Positions 19,462 through 29,574 of a stretch of DNA of 64,000 bases are shown in pieces. Below the pieces are notes generated by a model. The model did not search any database and was not told the origin of the DNA. It was given only the letters and a program-made list of their open reading frames with translations. The translations under genes were made by a program, and so were the position numbers. The stretch is from Acidimicrobiia bacterium. Lineage in GTDB: Bacteria; Actinomycetota; Acidimicrobiia; Spongiisociales; ZC4RG35. The stretch is taken from positions 348-64,347 of the forward strand of contig JBGTHP010000002.1 of the NCBI GenBank assembly GCA_041746105.1. The letters run 5' to 3'. How positions within the stretch are numbered: position 1 is the first letter of the stretch; every line of letters starts with the position of its first letter.

Positions 19462-21210
19462 TCAGATCAATCTGCGCCGGTCGCCTGATCTAACGGTCAA
19501 CCCTCTCGAGTCGGTCCATTCGAGGAAGGGCACTGCGTACTTTCTCGAGAGGCCGGTCGAGTTTTTGAACTCGGCCACCGTGAATGGCGCCTCGAACTTG
19601 CGAATCTGATCGATCAGGGCCTCGACCTGCACCGGGAGGAACACGAACTCCTCCGACACTCTGCTCAGTCGGCCGAGGCGGATGAGAAGGTGCAGGAACT
19701 CCTTCTCGAGACCCAAGTCTGAGATCCGGGGGAGGTTTCCGGGCCCGGCAGTCTGGAGGGCCGCCTCCAGATCCGACCACAGTGATCGCTGGGCCTCGTC
19801 TAGCTCAACGGCATGATTCGCACTTCGAACCTCTGAGCCGTCGATCTCCAAACCGGCGAGGGCCACGAGGTGGGTGAGAACGTTGTTGGTGACTGATAAC
19901 CCTTTGGCGAGCCGGGCGGACGGCATCCCCGATCGCAAGGGGTTCTCTTTCAGATAACCGGCGACGCGCTCGGCGGCTTCGGAGGACAGCCTTGTCAACT
20001 CGGCCCCATCGAAAGCGATGCCGTCGAGAACCGTTGCACCGGCGACAACTTCCCCGGTTTCTGCCTCTAAGCGTTGAAGGGGGTATCGACCGCGTTCTGA
20101 GAGCAATGTCAGTGCAGGTGACTGGGATTCTGCGACGGCGCGCGCCACCTGCAGTGCCGCCCGGCCCTGCCGGGGTGGGTGTGGGTCGAGGACCCTGCCT
20201 CCGCCGGTAACGAGACGGCGGCCCGATTCGCGGAGGATGAAACGGTCGCCGACGACCAGAGGAAGATCGGAACCGACGTCGATGAGGGCGGTCTCTTGGT
20301 CGAGCATTCGAATTCTGACGGGCCAGGCACCACTTCCAACATGGAGATGAAACGCGCCTCGATCGGTCAGTGCGTCGACGTAACGGGCTGGGCGGACGCG
20401 GGCGGTGAAACGGTCAGTGGTAACGAATGAACCGGGCCTGCCCAGCATCGAGCCGCGTCTGACATCGCCTCGGTCGATGCCTCCGAGGTTGAGCGCGACC
20501 CGGCGACGGGGTTCGACTCGATGGCTCTGATGTTCATGGCTCTGAATGGAGCGAACTCGCACCTCGGTTTCGCCGGGAAACAGGGTGAGGCGATCGTCGA
20601 GCGACACCGAGCCCCCGAGCAGGGTTCCGGTCACGACCGTTCCCGCTCCGGCAACGGTGAAAGCGCGATCGATCCACAACCGGGGTCGTTGCTCGGGGGG
20701 CGGCGGCAGTTCGGCGACCCGTGCCTCCAGAGCGGCCCTCAGCTCATCCAACCCGAAGCCGGTCAGCGCCGAGACCTTGACGACGGGCGCCCCCTCGAGC
20801 GACGTGTTCTCGAGATTTTCTTCAATCTCGAGGATCGCGATATCTATAAGCTCCGGGTCGACCCGATCAACCTTCGTCAGTGCGACCACGGCCGCTTTCA
20901 CCCCGAGCAGGTCAAGGACAGCCAGATGTTCTTCCGACTGTGGTTTCCAGCCCTCGTCGGCGGCCACCACCAGCAAGGCGACATCGATCGCTTCGATTCC
21001 GGCGAGCATGTTTTTCATAAACCGCTCGTGGCCTGGAACGTCTACAAACGACACCTCGGTGGTTCCGAGCGTCGTCCAGGCAAACCCGAGATCAATGGTC
21101 ACCCCCCGCTCCTTTTCTTCCTTCCAGCGATCGGGGTCGCGCCCTGTGAGGGCTTGGACCAGTGTCGACTTGCCGTGGTCGACGTGACCGGCGGTGCCGA
21201 TCAAGGCCAT
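19462..21210 (-). CDS. selB: selenocysteine-specific elongation factor SelB
   Basis: MALIGTAGHVDHGKSTL GTPase N-terminus, EF-Tu-like domains, and C-terminal winged-helix extension. 582 aa. Confidence 0.85.
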   Translation of the reverse strand: MALIGTAGHVDHGKSTLVQALTGRDPDRWKEEKERGVTIDLGFAWTTLGTTEVSFVDVPGHERFMKNMLAGIEAIDVALLVVAADEGWKPQSEEHLAVLDLLGVKAAVVALTKVDRVDPELIDIAILEIEENLENTSLEGAPVVKVSALTGFGLDELRAALEARVAELPPPPEQRPRLWIDRAFTVAGAGTVVTGTLLGGSVSLDDRLTLFPGETEVRVRSIQSHEHQSHRVEPRRRVALNLGGIDRGDVRRGSMLGRPGSFVTTDRFTARVRPARYVDALTDRGAFHLHVGSGAWPVRIRMLDQETALIDVGSDLPLVVGDRFILRESGRRLVTGGGRVLDPHPPRQGRAALQVARAVAESQSPALTLLSERGRYPLQRLEAETGEVVAGATVLDGIAFDGAELTRLSSEAAERVAGYLKENPLRSGMPSARLAKGLSVTNNVLTHLVALAGLEIDGSEVRSANHAVELDEAQRSLWSDLEAALQTAGPGNLPRISDLGLEKEFLHLLIRLGRLSRVSEEFVFLPVQVEALIDQIRKFEAPFTVAEFKNSTGLSRKYAVPFLEWTDSRGLTVRSGDRRRLI

Positions 21211-22532
21211 ACAGCTTCCAACGCTGAGCGGAGGTCACGATCTCTTCCAGGTTCGACGGCGCGGAGGTCGAGGACCAGTTTTCCGTGACTGCGCCGGGCG
21301 ACGACAGGTGTTTCTGCCCTGAGTAACTGGAGATAACGCCGGTCGGCATGATCAGAGATGGCAATCAGCGGGGAGGCGACCTCGGCTCCTGGAACGCTGC
21401 CCGCACCGACCGTGGAAGTCCCGGCGATCACCTCGACCTCGAGGCCGGCAGCCAAGTTCAGACATCTCTGGTTCAGTTCCTCGAACGAAAGAGCCGCCAT
21501 CCGCCAGAAGGGAAGTTCGGCAGCGGTCCCATCGGCGTAACGCTCCAAGGTCGCGGCCAGCGCAGCCAGAGTTGGTCCGTCCACGCGCATGGCGCGGGCC
21601 ACCGGGTGGCCCTTCAATCGGTTGATGAGGTCCGATGACCCGACGAGGATCCCGGCTTGAGGACCTCCGAGGAGTTTGTCTCCGGAGAACATCGTGAGCG
21701 CCGCACCACTTTCGACTGCCTGGTGGATGCCAGGCTCTCCCACCAACCAATCGGGCGGAGGACCTGCCAGCCAAGGCACCCTTTCGTCGAGCAAGCCGCT
21801 GCCGGCATCGAAGAGCACGGGGATCGATTCTTCCTGCCCCAGCTGTACCAACTCGGCCAGCGTCGCTTCATCGGTGAACCCTGTCACCCGGTAGTTCGAC
21901 GGGTGAACCTTCAACAAGAGCGGAGTTTCCTGCCGTACCGCGTCGGCGTAATCCCCGATTCGGGTTCGATTGGTAGTCCCGATCTCCACCAGCCTGGTGC
22001 CGGCGGCGGCCATCAGGTCAGGCAACCGGTACGAACCCCCGATCTCGATCAATTCTCCGCGTGCGACCGGGACGGGAAGGTTCTGGGCCAGACAAGTCAG
22101 TGATAGGTAGAGGGCACCGGCGTTGTTGTTGACGACCATCGCCGACTCTGCGCCCGTGAGGCTTGTCAGCAGGGAGATGACGTATTCACCTCGGCCACCG
22201 CGTGATCCATCTGAAAGGCGTAGCTCGACGTTTCCGTACCCCGTTGCGGCTGCGGCGGCTGCGGCGGCTGCGGCCGGGTCCAAAGGCGCTCTCCCCAGAT
22301 TTGTGTGGAGGAGCACCCCCGTAGCGTTCAGCACCTGCTGCGGGCGGACGGCCTCCAGGCGATTGGCCGCCTCAATCGCCAAGACATGTGGGTCGGCTTC
22401 CTTACCACCGAGAATCTGTTCTCGTGCCTGTTGGAGGGCGGCGCGAGCAATCTCGGTCGTGATTCGGCGCGGTAATAGGGGACCGAGGGATTCGACCAGC
22501 TTGTCGACTGCCGGGAGGTCCCGTAATTCCAT
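21201..22532 (-). CDS. selA: L-seryl-tRNA(Sec) selenium transferase SelA
   Basis: 443 aa PLP-fold enzyme in a selA-selB operon with 10-bp overlap. Contains a 9-residue poly-Ala run. Confidence 0.85.
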   Translation of the reverse strand: MELRDLPAVDKLVESLGPLLPRRITTEIARAALQQAREQILGGKEADPHVLAIEAANRLEAVRPQQVLNATGVLLHTNLGRAPLDPAAAAAAAAAATGYGNVELRLSDGSRGGRGEYVISLLTSLTGAESAMVVNNNAGALYLSLTCLAQNLPVPVARGELIEIGGSYRLPDLMAAAGTRLVEIGTTNRTRIGDYADAVRQETPLLLKVHPSNYRVTGFTDEATLAELVQLGQEESIPVLFDAGSGLLDERVPWLAGPPPDWLVGEPGIHQAVESGAALTMFSGDKLLGGPQAGILVGSSDLINRLKGHPVARAMRVDGPTLAALAATLERYADGTAAELPFWRMAALSFEELNQRCLNLAAGLEVEVIAGTSTVGAGSVPGAEVASPLIAISDHADRRYLQLLRAETPVVARRSHGKLVLDLRAVEPGRDRDLRSALEAVWP

Positions 22533-22677
22533 GTTGCGAGCCTAGATGCGGTCTCGGCGCACCTGGCCGGGTTTCTCAGACAGGGTGGTGGTGTTTGTGT
22601 CAGGCGCCGGCGAGGCGCGCTCCCACGGCCCGACACCAGCATCCGGCCACCGATCTTGACCGCGGTATCGTCCCCGG

Positions 22678-23337
22678 ATGAAACCGATTCCGGCCTCGAC
22701 CATCTTGCTGGTCCGTCAAGCCGGGAGCGCGATCGAGGTTGTCATGGGCCTCCGCCCAAACCGAGGGGCGTTCGGGGGTATGTGGGTTTTTCCTGGTGGG
22801 GCAGTCGACGACGATGACCGTGCCCGTGCCAATGACGACGACGAGGCTTGGCGTCTTGCCGCTCTACGGGAAATGGCAGAAGAGACCGGGATTGTCCTTG
22901 CGACTTCGCCGGTCGGACACTGGGACGGGGACGGCCTCTACGAGGCCCTCGACGTTTCGGGTGGCCGACTCTGTCATGAGGCCCTGATCTACCTTTCGAA
23001 CTGGGTCACTCCGCGTCCGGTACGGAAACGTTTTGACACCCGGTTCTATCTGGCTGCCGGTTCTGCCGAGCATGCTCCGCAGGTGATGTCAGAAGAGTTC
23101 GAGCGGGTCGGGTGGTTCGAGGTGGGGCAGGCGCTGAGGTCGAAAACGTCCGGAGCGATGCCCATGATCTTCCCAACTGTCGCCCATCTCAAATATCTGG
23201 CGAGTTTCTCGACGGTGGAGGCCTTGGAGGCAGAGACGCGGCTATTGGACCGGATCCCACAAATTGAGCCTCGGTTGTTTGAACGGGGAGACGACTTCGA
23301 CATCGAGGTCAGCAACGATCCACGGTTCATGCCGTGA
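22678..23337 (+). CDS. NUDIX hydrolase
   Basis: GGMWVFPGGAVD...REMAEETG Nudix box. Confidence 0.8.
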   Translation: MKPIPASTILLVRQAGSAIEVVMGLRPNRGAFGGMWVFPGGAVDDDDRARANDDDEAWRLAALREMAEETGIVLATSPVGHWDGDGLYEALDVSGGRLCHEALIYLSNWVTPRPVRKRFDTRFYLAAGSAEHAPQVMSEEFERVGWFEVGQALRSKTSGAMPMIFPTVAHLKYLASFSTVEALEAETRLLDRIPQIEPRLFERGDDFDIEVSNDPRFMP

Positions 23338-24122
23338 GGATTCGAAGGGTCCTCGCTCCGAATCCGAGTGTTTTCACTGGTGACGGGACGAACACCTATG
23401 TCGTTGGCGACGATTCGGTTGCAGTGATCGACCCGGGTCCGATCGAACGGTCACACGAAAAGGCGATCATGGACGCCGTCGGCGATCGAGTGGTGCGGGC
23501 AGTGATCGTCACTCACACCCACCCCGACCATGCACCTCTGGCGAATCCGCTGGCCCGCGCCTTTTCTGTTCCGGCCGTTGGATATCGGCCCGGACCTGAG
23601 TTTGACCCGGATCTGGTTGTGGGTGATGGCGACGTCATAGACCTTGTCGACTGGCAGATGTCGGCACTCCACACGCCCGGACATTCCGACGACCACCTGT
23701 GTCTGCTGCTCGACAAAGTGCTGTTCACCGGCGATCACATCATGGGCGGCTCGTCTGTCATGGTCGACGATCTCGCTCCCTACCTCAAGTCTCTCGAACG
23801 AATCGCCGGCCTCGATCTCGAAAGGCTCTACCCAGGTCATGGGCCCGAAGTTGCCGAGCCGTATCGAGTCATCTCCTGGTATGTCGAACACCGCAGACAG
23901 CGCGAAGAGGAGATCGTCGAGGCTCTTTCAGGGGGAGCCGGGACCGTCGGAGATGTCGTCGACAGGGTGTACGCCAGTGTTGATGTGGCTCTGCACCCGC
24001 TCGCTGCTCGATCGGTGAGTGCCCATGTGAAGAAGCTCTCAGACGAGGGGAGAGTCATTCTCACCGGCGACGCCGACAACTATCGCGTCCGCCTCACCGA
24101 TCAGGGGACCCCACAAATGTGA
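23334..24122 (+). CDS. MBL-fold metallo-hydrolase
   Basis: THTHPDHA motif plus downstream His/Asp ligands. 4-bp overlap with the NUDIX gene. Confidence 0.75.
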   Translation: MRIRRVLAPNPSVFTGDGTNTYVVGDDSVAVIDPGPIERSHEKAIMDAVGDRVVRAVIVTHTHPDHAPLANPLARAFSVPAVGYRPGPEFDPDLVVGDGDVIDLVDWQMSALHTPGHSDDHLCLLLDKVLFTGDHIMGGSSVMVDDLAPYLKSLERIAGLDLERLYPGHGPEVAEPYRVISWYVEHRRQREEEIVEALSGGAGTVGDVVDRVYASVDVALHPLAARSVSAHVKKLSDEGRVILTGDADNYRVRLTDQGTPQM

Positions 24123-24161
24123 CGAGGGTCTGCGCATTGCGCAGACCCTCGTCTTTCGGGC
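24122..24161 (+). terminator. rho-independent terminator: 16-bp perfect stem GACGAGGGTCTGCGCA/TGCGCAGACCCTCGTC followed by TTTCGGG
   Basis: Directly abuts the MBL stop codon. A second GC hairpin (GGGCGCCG...CGGCGCCC) follows at 24159-24188. Confidence 0.7.
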
Positions 24162-24610
24162 GCCGTGAAGGGGGAACCCGGCGCCCGAAACCCAAAGGAC
24201 CCCGGTGGCATTGGACATGCGCCAGCCACACCCCGGCGCATCTGGTGTCCATGCCTCCCCGTCCGGCGGCCTGTCAAGCCACCCCACTCCCGTGCTTGCC
24301 TGCATGGTGCCCCCCCGGCAACCATCATCTCGGATGGTCTGCTCTTTCGCTCTCTGCCCCTGAGAGCGCCTCCCGGCAGTCCATCCCTTATCACCCCACT
24401 TGCAGCATCCCTGGTGGCTCGCCCGCCAGTTGGCTGTTTTACCTGGGCACGTTCCCCCACATGATCGGCCTGTAACCACCTCTGAATCCAGTTGGGTTCT
24501 TGCTTTCTCCCAAAGGACTAGTCATCTCTTCGTTTTGCAGCACTCGTTGCATTCCCGACGCGCCCGCAGGCTCCCTGCTTGAATCGCCGCATCCAATAAG
24601 AAAGGTCGTG

Positions 24611-25105
24611 ATGACGGATTCGGGGACCCCGGTTCAAGCCGGGATGTCGCAATGGGGGCCTTTGGCCGACTTTGGCAAGAGGGTCGTGGCGTACTTGCTG
24701 GATATCGTGGTGGTGGTTGCCGGCTACATCGTTGTCTTCATCGTCAGCGCAATTGTCGGCGCGGTGAGCGACACGCTGGCGTTCTTGGTGGCAGGCCTGT
24801 TGTACCTGGTCATGATCGCCTACGTCTTCTACATCGCATACATGACTGGCCAGAGAGGTGGGTCGCCTGGCAAGAGGCTCACAGGGCTCAAGGTCGTGAA
24901 GCTGGCGGACGGTCAGGTCCTCGGCGGCGGGATGGGTATCGCTCGTCAACTGGCCCACATCGTCGATGGAATCATCTGTTACATCGGTTACTTGTTTCCG
25001 CTCTGGGATCCGATGCGTCAAACACTCGCCGACAAGATCGTCGGTTCGGTCGTTCTCTCAGATCAGGAGAAGGAGCCGTTCTCGATCAACATCTTCAAGT
25101 TGTAA
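24611..25105 (+). CDS. RDD-family membrane protein
   Basis: Three TM helices with a conserved R..D..D pattern. SD AAGAAAGG upstream of the ATG at 24611. Confidence 0.65.
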   Translation: MTDSGTPVQAGMSQWGPLADFGKRVVAYLLDIVVVVAGYIVVFIVSAIVGAVSDTLAFLVAGLLYLVMIAYVFYIAYMTGQRGGSPGKRLTGLKVVKLADGQVLGGGMGIARQLAHIVDGIICYIGYLFPLWDPMRQTLADKIVGSVVLSDQEKEPFSINIFKL

Positions 25106-26249
25106 CAACCGCCGGCTGAGCCTCCAGCCCTTCGATCAACTTTGCGATCCTTCCCGTGCAGGTCTCGTCCTGGCTGGGAGGCAACAACCGAACGAGATCT
25201 TCTGCCGCCGCCCGGAATGCTCGGGCGGCGGCGTTATCTGGGTCGGCTGATGTCACCGGGCTGCCCTCGTCCCCGCCCTTCACCACGGCAGGGTCCAACG
25301 GGATCTGGCCTATCAACGGAACCGACAGTTCCGTGGCCAGCTCCTCACCGCCGCCACGGCCAAAGAGGTCATATTTGACGCCGTGCTCACACTCGAATCC
25401 GGACATGTTCTCGATCACCCCGACGATCGGCATGTAGGACCGCCGGGCCATATCCGCCACTCTCACGGCAACCTTTTGCGCCGCCTTCTGGGGCGTTGTG
25501 ACCACGACCATCTCGGCCTGCGGTAGAAGGCGGGTGAGGGCCATCTGAATGTCTCCGGTGCCTGGGGGCATGTCGATGATCAAATAGTCGAGGTCGCCCC
25601 AAGCCACCTGTTTGAGGAACTGTTCGAGAGCCTTGGACAACATCAGACCGCGCCACATCAAAGCGGTTTCTTCCGAGTCGATGATGAGCCCCGTCGAAAC
25701 CAATTTGATACCTGCCACCTCGGCAGGCGAGATCAATCGGGTTTTTTCGTCGGCCTCCAACCGTTCCTCGCTCCCGAGCATTCGGGGGATCGAGAACCCC
25801 CAGATGTCTGCATCCAGCAGTCCCGTGCGATACCCCATGGCGTGGAGAGCGACGGCGAGGTTCACGCTCACCGAGGACTTGCCGACCCCGCCCTTTCCCG
25901 AACTGACGGCAACGACGCGGGTGGTTGGATGGACCTGGGTGGTCTCGGCGTTCTCTCTGGCGCGTTTGCGGGCGACCGACATGAGATCTGCGCGCTGTGC
26001 CTTGGTCATGGCGGTGGTTCTGACGATTGCTTCGTCGACACCTGGGAGCGCCTTGACCTTGCGGATCGTGTCGCCCTCGATCTGTGACCGCATCGGACAT
26101 TCGGCGATCGTCAGGGCGATATCCACTGTCACCAGACCCGCCTCGATGTTCACGCCCGCGACCATTCCCAATTCGACGATGTTCCCGCCCAACTCAGGAT
26201 CGATGACCCGGCTGAGAGCCTCGTAGACGTCTGATTCTGTTGCCGGCAT
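25095..26249 (-). CDS. apbC: Mrp/NBP35 (ApbC) iron-sulfur cluster carrier ATPase
   Basis: N-terminal DUF59/MIP18 domain, Walker A SGKGGVGKS, and CxxC. Confidence 0.85.
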   Translation of the reverse strand: MPATESDVYEALSRVIDPELGGNIVELGMVAGVNIEAGLVTVDIALTIAECPMRSQIEGDTIRKVKALPGVDEAIVRTTAMTKAQRADLMSVARKRARENAETTQVHPTTRVVAVSSGKGGVGKSSVSVNLAVALHAMGYRTGLLDADIWGFSIPRMLGSEERLEADEKTRLISPAEVAGIKLVSTGLIIDSEETALMWRGLMLSKALEQFLKQVAWGDLDYLIIDMPPGTGDIQMALTRLLPQAEMVVVTTPQKAAQKVAVRVADMARRSYMPIVGVIENMSGFECEHGVKYDLFGRGGGEELATELSVPLIGQIPLDPAVVKGGDEGSPVTSADPDNAAARAFRAAAEDLVRLLPPSQDETCTGRIAKLIEGLEAQPAVVTT

Positions 26250-26428
26250 ACGGGCTCAGGCTAATTATCACTATGGCGATAGTGGGAATTGTGCAGCGAT
26301 TGTTGCGATGGCTCTGTTGGACCGGGACGGTCCGATGTAGATGTTGGCGTGATTTTTCCATCAGGTTTGATTCCTACTCGTCGGAGTCCGTTGCGGCGAC
26401 GACGCCGGAGCTCGGATGAGGGGTAGCG

Positions 26429-26974
26429 TTGCTTCAATTGGAGATTGGATTCCTGCCACCCGCTGCCGCGGCCGACCGACGATTCGTGGACAGACTCGTG
26501 CGGCTCATCAACGATGCTTACCGAACTGCCGAAGATGGGATGTGGTTGGGCGGCATCAACCGAACCTCTGAGGAAGAAACTGCGACCGCGATCACCCATG
26601 GAGAGGTGGTTGTGGCGAAGATCGACGATCAGATGGTTGGCTCGGTGTTTGTTGGGCGCCTCGACGAGCGCACAGGTTGGTTCGGAGCGCTGGCAGTTCA
26701 CTTACGACACCTCGGCAGCGGCGTTGGCAGCAACCTTGTCGCATTCGCAGAAGGGCATGCCCTCTCCACGGGAGCCGATGTCATGCAGATTGAAATCCTC
26801 GAGCCGGGCGCCGGTCACAGCCATACCGACAGGTTGGCCGACTGGTACCAGAGGTCGGGGTATGTTTTTGTGAGAAGGCTCGACCTGGCCGATTTCGATC
26901 CCACCGCGGTTCCTTTTCTGACCGGACCCTGCGGCGTCGCGATCTTGCGCAAGACGCTGAGTCCTCTTTCGTGA
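26429..26974 (+). CDS. GNAT-family N-acetyltransferase
   Basis: 181 aa with a TTG start. Acetyl-CoA binding segment RHLGSGVGSNLVAFAEG. Confidence 0.55.
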   Translation: MLQLEIGFLPPAAAADRRFVDRLVRLINDAYRTAEDGMWLGGINRTSEEETATAITHGEVVVAKIDDQMVGSVFVGRLDERTGWFGALAVHLRHLGSGVGSNLVAFAEGHALSTGADVMQIEILEPGAGHSHTDRLADWYQRSGYVFVRRLDLADFDPTAVPFLTGPCGVAILRKTLSPLS

Positions 26975-27088
26975 TGGTGTGGACGTCCGTGGCACAATCC
27001 AGTTCTGTGTGCCCTGCCGATTCGGGAATTGTTAGGGGCCTCGCAGCCGTTACACTGAATGCACAGCGACTCCAAAAGAGGTCTGGAA

Positions 27089-27451
27089 ATGACGCAACTG
27101 CTTTCGATCAAGTCGAATCAACCACCAAAGGCGATAAGCCTGACCGACACGGCTGCGGGTAAGATCCGTGAGTTGGTCTCGGCCGAGGGCGACCCCAACC
27201 TCGCCTTGCGGATGGCGGTGCGTGCCGGCGGATGTAGTGGATTTTCGTACGAGATGTTCTTTGATTCCCAGATCGAGTCCGATGACATCGTCGAGACCTT
27301 CGGGGACGTCAGGGTTGTCGTCGACCCGCAGTCGGTGGACCGGCTCCGTGGATCCACGCTCGATTACAAAGACGGCTTGATGGGGGCGGGTTTTGCCATC
27401 GAAAACCCCAACGTCACCAAGTCATGCGGGTGCGGTAACAGCTTCAGCTAG
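27089..27451 (+). CDS. erpA: iron-sulfur cluster insertion protein ErpA/IscA (HesB family)
   Basis: GGCSGFSY...SCGCGNSF, the three conserved Cys. Confidence 0.8.
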   Translation: MTQLLSIKSNQPPKAISLTDTAAGKIRELVSAEGDPNLALRMAVRAGGCSGFSYEMFFDSQIESDDIVETFGDVRVVVDPQSVDRLRGSTLDYKDGLMGAGFAIENPNVTKSCGCGNSFS

Positions 27452-27680
27452 TCGCGAGTTTCCGCGCTAGGAGAACTCAAGACGTCCCGGTCGGTGGGCG
27501 GCCTCTCGAATCCACTTTCTACGTGGTTCTTTCTCGCGCCAGGCCATATCCGGTGACTCGGCTGGTTCCCGTTCGATAGTCGGATCGCCAAGGCGCCGCC
27601 TTCCTCCGGGGCGCCGGCACCAAGGACCCACGCGACTCGCGACTGGCTACCCTCGGACCTATCGCAATTCAGGAGTTCTC

Positions 27681-28061
27681 GTGCCTAAAACCGTTCCCGT
27701 TCTGACATCCGCACCCAAGCCCCTGGCGCCCTATTCGATAGCCACCGAGGCGAACGGGTTTGTCTTCATTTCGGGACAGGTGGCAATTGACACCACCGGC
27801 GGACCAACTCCGACGGACGTCGCCGATCAGGCTCGCCTGGTGATGACCAACATCGGCGGGATTCTCTCCAACCTCGGTTTGTCGTACTCCGACATCGTCA
27901 AGACCACGATCTTCCTCGCCAGCATCGGTGACTTCGGGCGCGTCAACGAGGTGTACGGCTCGTTCTTCGAGTCCGACCCTCCTGCCCGTTCGACCATCCA
28001 GGCAGGCGCATTGCCGGCACCGCAGTACCTCGTCGAGATCGAAGCGATCGTGGCTCGCTGA
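27681..28061 (+). CDS. ridA: RidA/YjgF-family reactive-intermediate deaminase
   Basis: 126 aa. PAPKPLAPYS...ARSTIQAG signature. Confidence 0.8.
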   Translation: MPKTVPVLTSAPKPLAPYSIATEANGFVFISGQVAIDTTGGPTPTDVADQARLVMTNIGGILSNLGLSYSDIVKTTIFLASIGDFGRVNEVYGSFFESDPPARSTIQAGALPAPQYLVEIEAIVAR

Positions 28062-28062
28062 G

Positions 28063-29574
28063 ATGAACAAAGAAGAGGTTTTTGCGACGCTCGGTCTCGG
28101 GGCCGCCAACCCTGGTGCATTCGCCGGGCGGTGGCTTGAGTTCGCCGATCCCGCGATCGAAGTCTTCAACCCGGCGACCGGCCAACTTCTGGCGACGGTT
28201 GCTGCGGCCACCGACGCCCAGTATCAACAGGTGGCCGACTCTTCGGCTGCCGCGTTCGACGCCTGGCGGGCCCTCCCTGCGCCCAAGCGAGGTGAATATG
28301 TCCGCCTGCTTGGAAACGCGCTGCGCGAAAAGCGCGATGCCCTCGGAGCCCTGGTTTCCCTCGAGATGGGAAAAATCCTTCCGGAGGGAATCGGCGAGGT
28401 TCAAGAGATGATCGACATCTGCGATTTTGCGGTCGGCCTTTCGCGTCAGCTCTATGGCCTCACGATCGCCTCAGAGCGTCCTCTTCATCGCATGTACGAG
28501 CACTGGCACCCTCTGGGCCCCGTCGGTGTGATCACGGCCTTCAACTTCCCGGTCGCGGTCTGGTCGTGGAACGCCGCCATCGCTGCGGTGTGCGGAGACA
28601 GCATTGTCTGGAAACCATCCGAACTCACGCCCTTGACCGCGGTCGCCGTCACCAACATTGCAGCCGAGGTCATGGCTGGATCGGGTTTTGAAGGGGTGTT
28701 CAACCTTGCCGTCGGCGACAGGCGGATCGGCGAGCTGATGGTCGACGACGAACGTCTTGCGTTGATCTCGGCCACGGGGTCGATCCGGATGGGGAAAGAG
28801 GTCGGGCCGAGGGTCGCCAGCCGGCTTGGAAGGACGATCCTCGAACTGGGCGGCAACAACGCCATCCTGGTGATGGATGATGCCGACATCGAGCTGGCGG
28901 TGCGCGCCGTGCTCTTTGCGGCTGTCGGGACCGCCGGCCAAAGGTGCACGTCACTTCGCCGCCTGATCGTCCATCAGGACGTTGCCGGGCCCATGATCGA
29001 TCGGCTGGTGAAGGGTTACGAATCGGTGCCGATCGGGGATCCTTTGGAAGAGGGCACGCTGATGGGCCCGGTCGTGGCGGAGCGGGCGGTGACTGCGTTC
29101 GAGGCCGCCATCGCAGAGGCAGTGGATCAAGGTGGCGTTGTACTCACCGGGGGAAAACGGATCGATCGGCCTGGCCACTTTGTCGAGCCGACGATTGTGA
29201 GTGTCCCCTCCGGTGCTTCGATCACCCAAGAGGAGACCTTTGCTCCGATCCTGTGGGTCATCACGGTCGGTTCGTTGGAAGAGGCGATCTCCGTTCAGAA
29301 CGGTGTTCGCCAGGGGCTCTCATCGGCGATATTCACCGACTCGGTGCGCAAGGCAGAACGATTTCTCTCCCATCTCGGGTCTGACTGTGGGATCGCCAAC
29401 GTCAACATCGGGACGTCGGGTGCGGAGATAGGTGGCGCGTTTGGTGGCGAGAAGGAGACAGGGGGAGGCCGGGAAGCGGGCTCTGACGCCTGGAAGGCGT
29501 ACATGCGTCGACAGACGACGACGATCAACTGGGGAGAAGATCTTCCCCTTGCACAAGGGATCCATTTCGGATGA
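28063..29574 (+). CDS. aldehyde dehydrogenase, ALDH7/antiquitin type (alpha-aminoadipic/piperideine-6-carboxylate semialdehyde dehydrogenase)
   Basis: ELGGNNAILV and catalytic CTSLRR. The N-terminus MNKEEVFATLGL...RWLEF resembles ALDH7. The start is 1 bp after the ridA stop. Confidence 0.75.
   Translation: MNKEEVFATLGLGAANPGAFAGRWLEFADPAIEVFNPATGQLLATVAAATDAQYQQVADSSAAAFDAWRALPAPKRGEYVRLLGNALREKRDALGALVSLEMGKILPEGIGEVQEMIDICDFAVGLSRQLYGLTIASERPLHRMYEHWHPLGPVGVITAFNFPVAVWSWNAAIAAVCGDSIVWKPSELTPLTAVAVTNIAAEVMAGSGFEGVFNLAVGDRRIGELMVDDERLALISATGSIRMGKEVGPRVASRLGRTILELGGNNAILVMDDADIELAVRAVLFAAVGTAGQRCTSLRRLIVHQDVAGPMIDRLVKGYESVPIGDPLEEGTLMGPVVAERAVTAFEAAIAEAVDQGGVVLTGGKRIDRPGHFVEPTIVSVPSGASITQEETFAPILWVITVGSLEEAISVQNGVRQGLSSAIFTDSVRKAERFLSHLGSDCGIANVNIGTSGAEIGGAFGGEKETGGGREAGSDAWKAYMRRQTTTINWGEDLPLAQGIHFG

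Noticed and set aside
19461-19500. tRNA-Sec (selC) next to selAB
   Set aside because: I inspected both flanks of the operon (19461-19500 and 22533-22677) for an 8-bp acceptor stem, a T-loop GGTTCGA, and a UCA anticodon loop. None was found.
21830-21870. Poly-Ala-encoding GCG/GCC tract in selA as a DNA tandem repeat feature
   Set aside because: It is an in-frame, imperfect trinucleotide run inside a conserved enzyme. Noted in the findings but not annotated as a separate repeat.
28944-29384. ORFs embedded within the ALDH gene in other frames
   Set aside because: Fully contained in a high-confidence ALDH CDS. Arg/Gly-rich translation.
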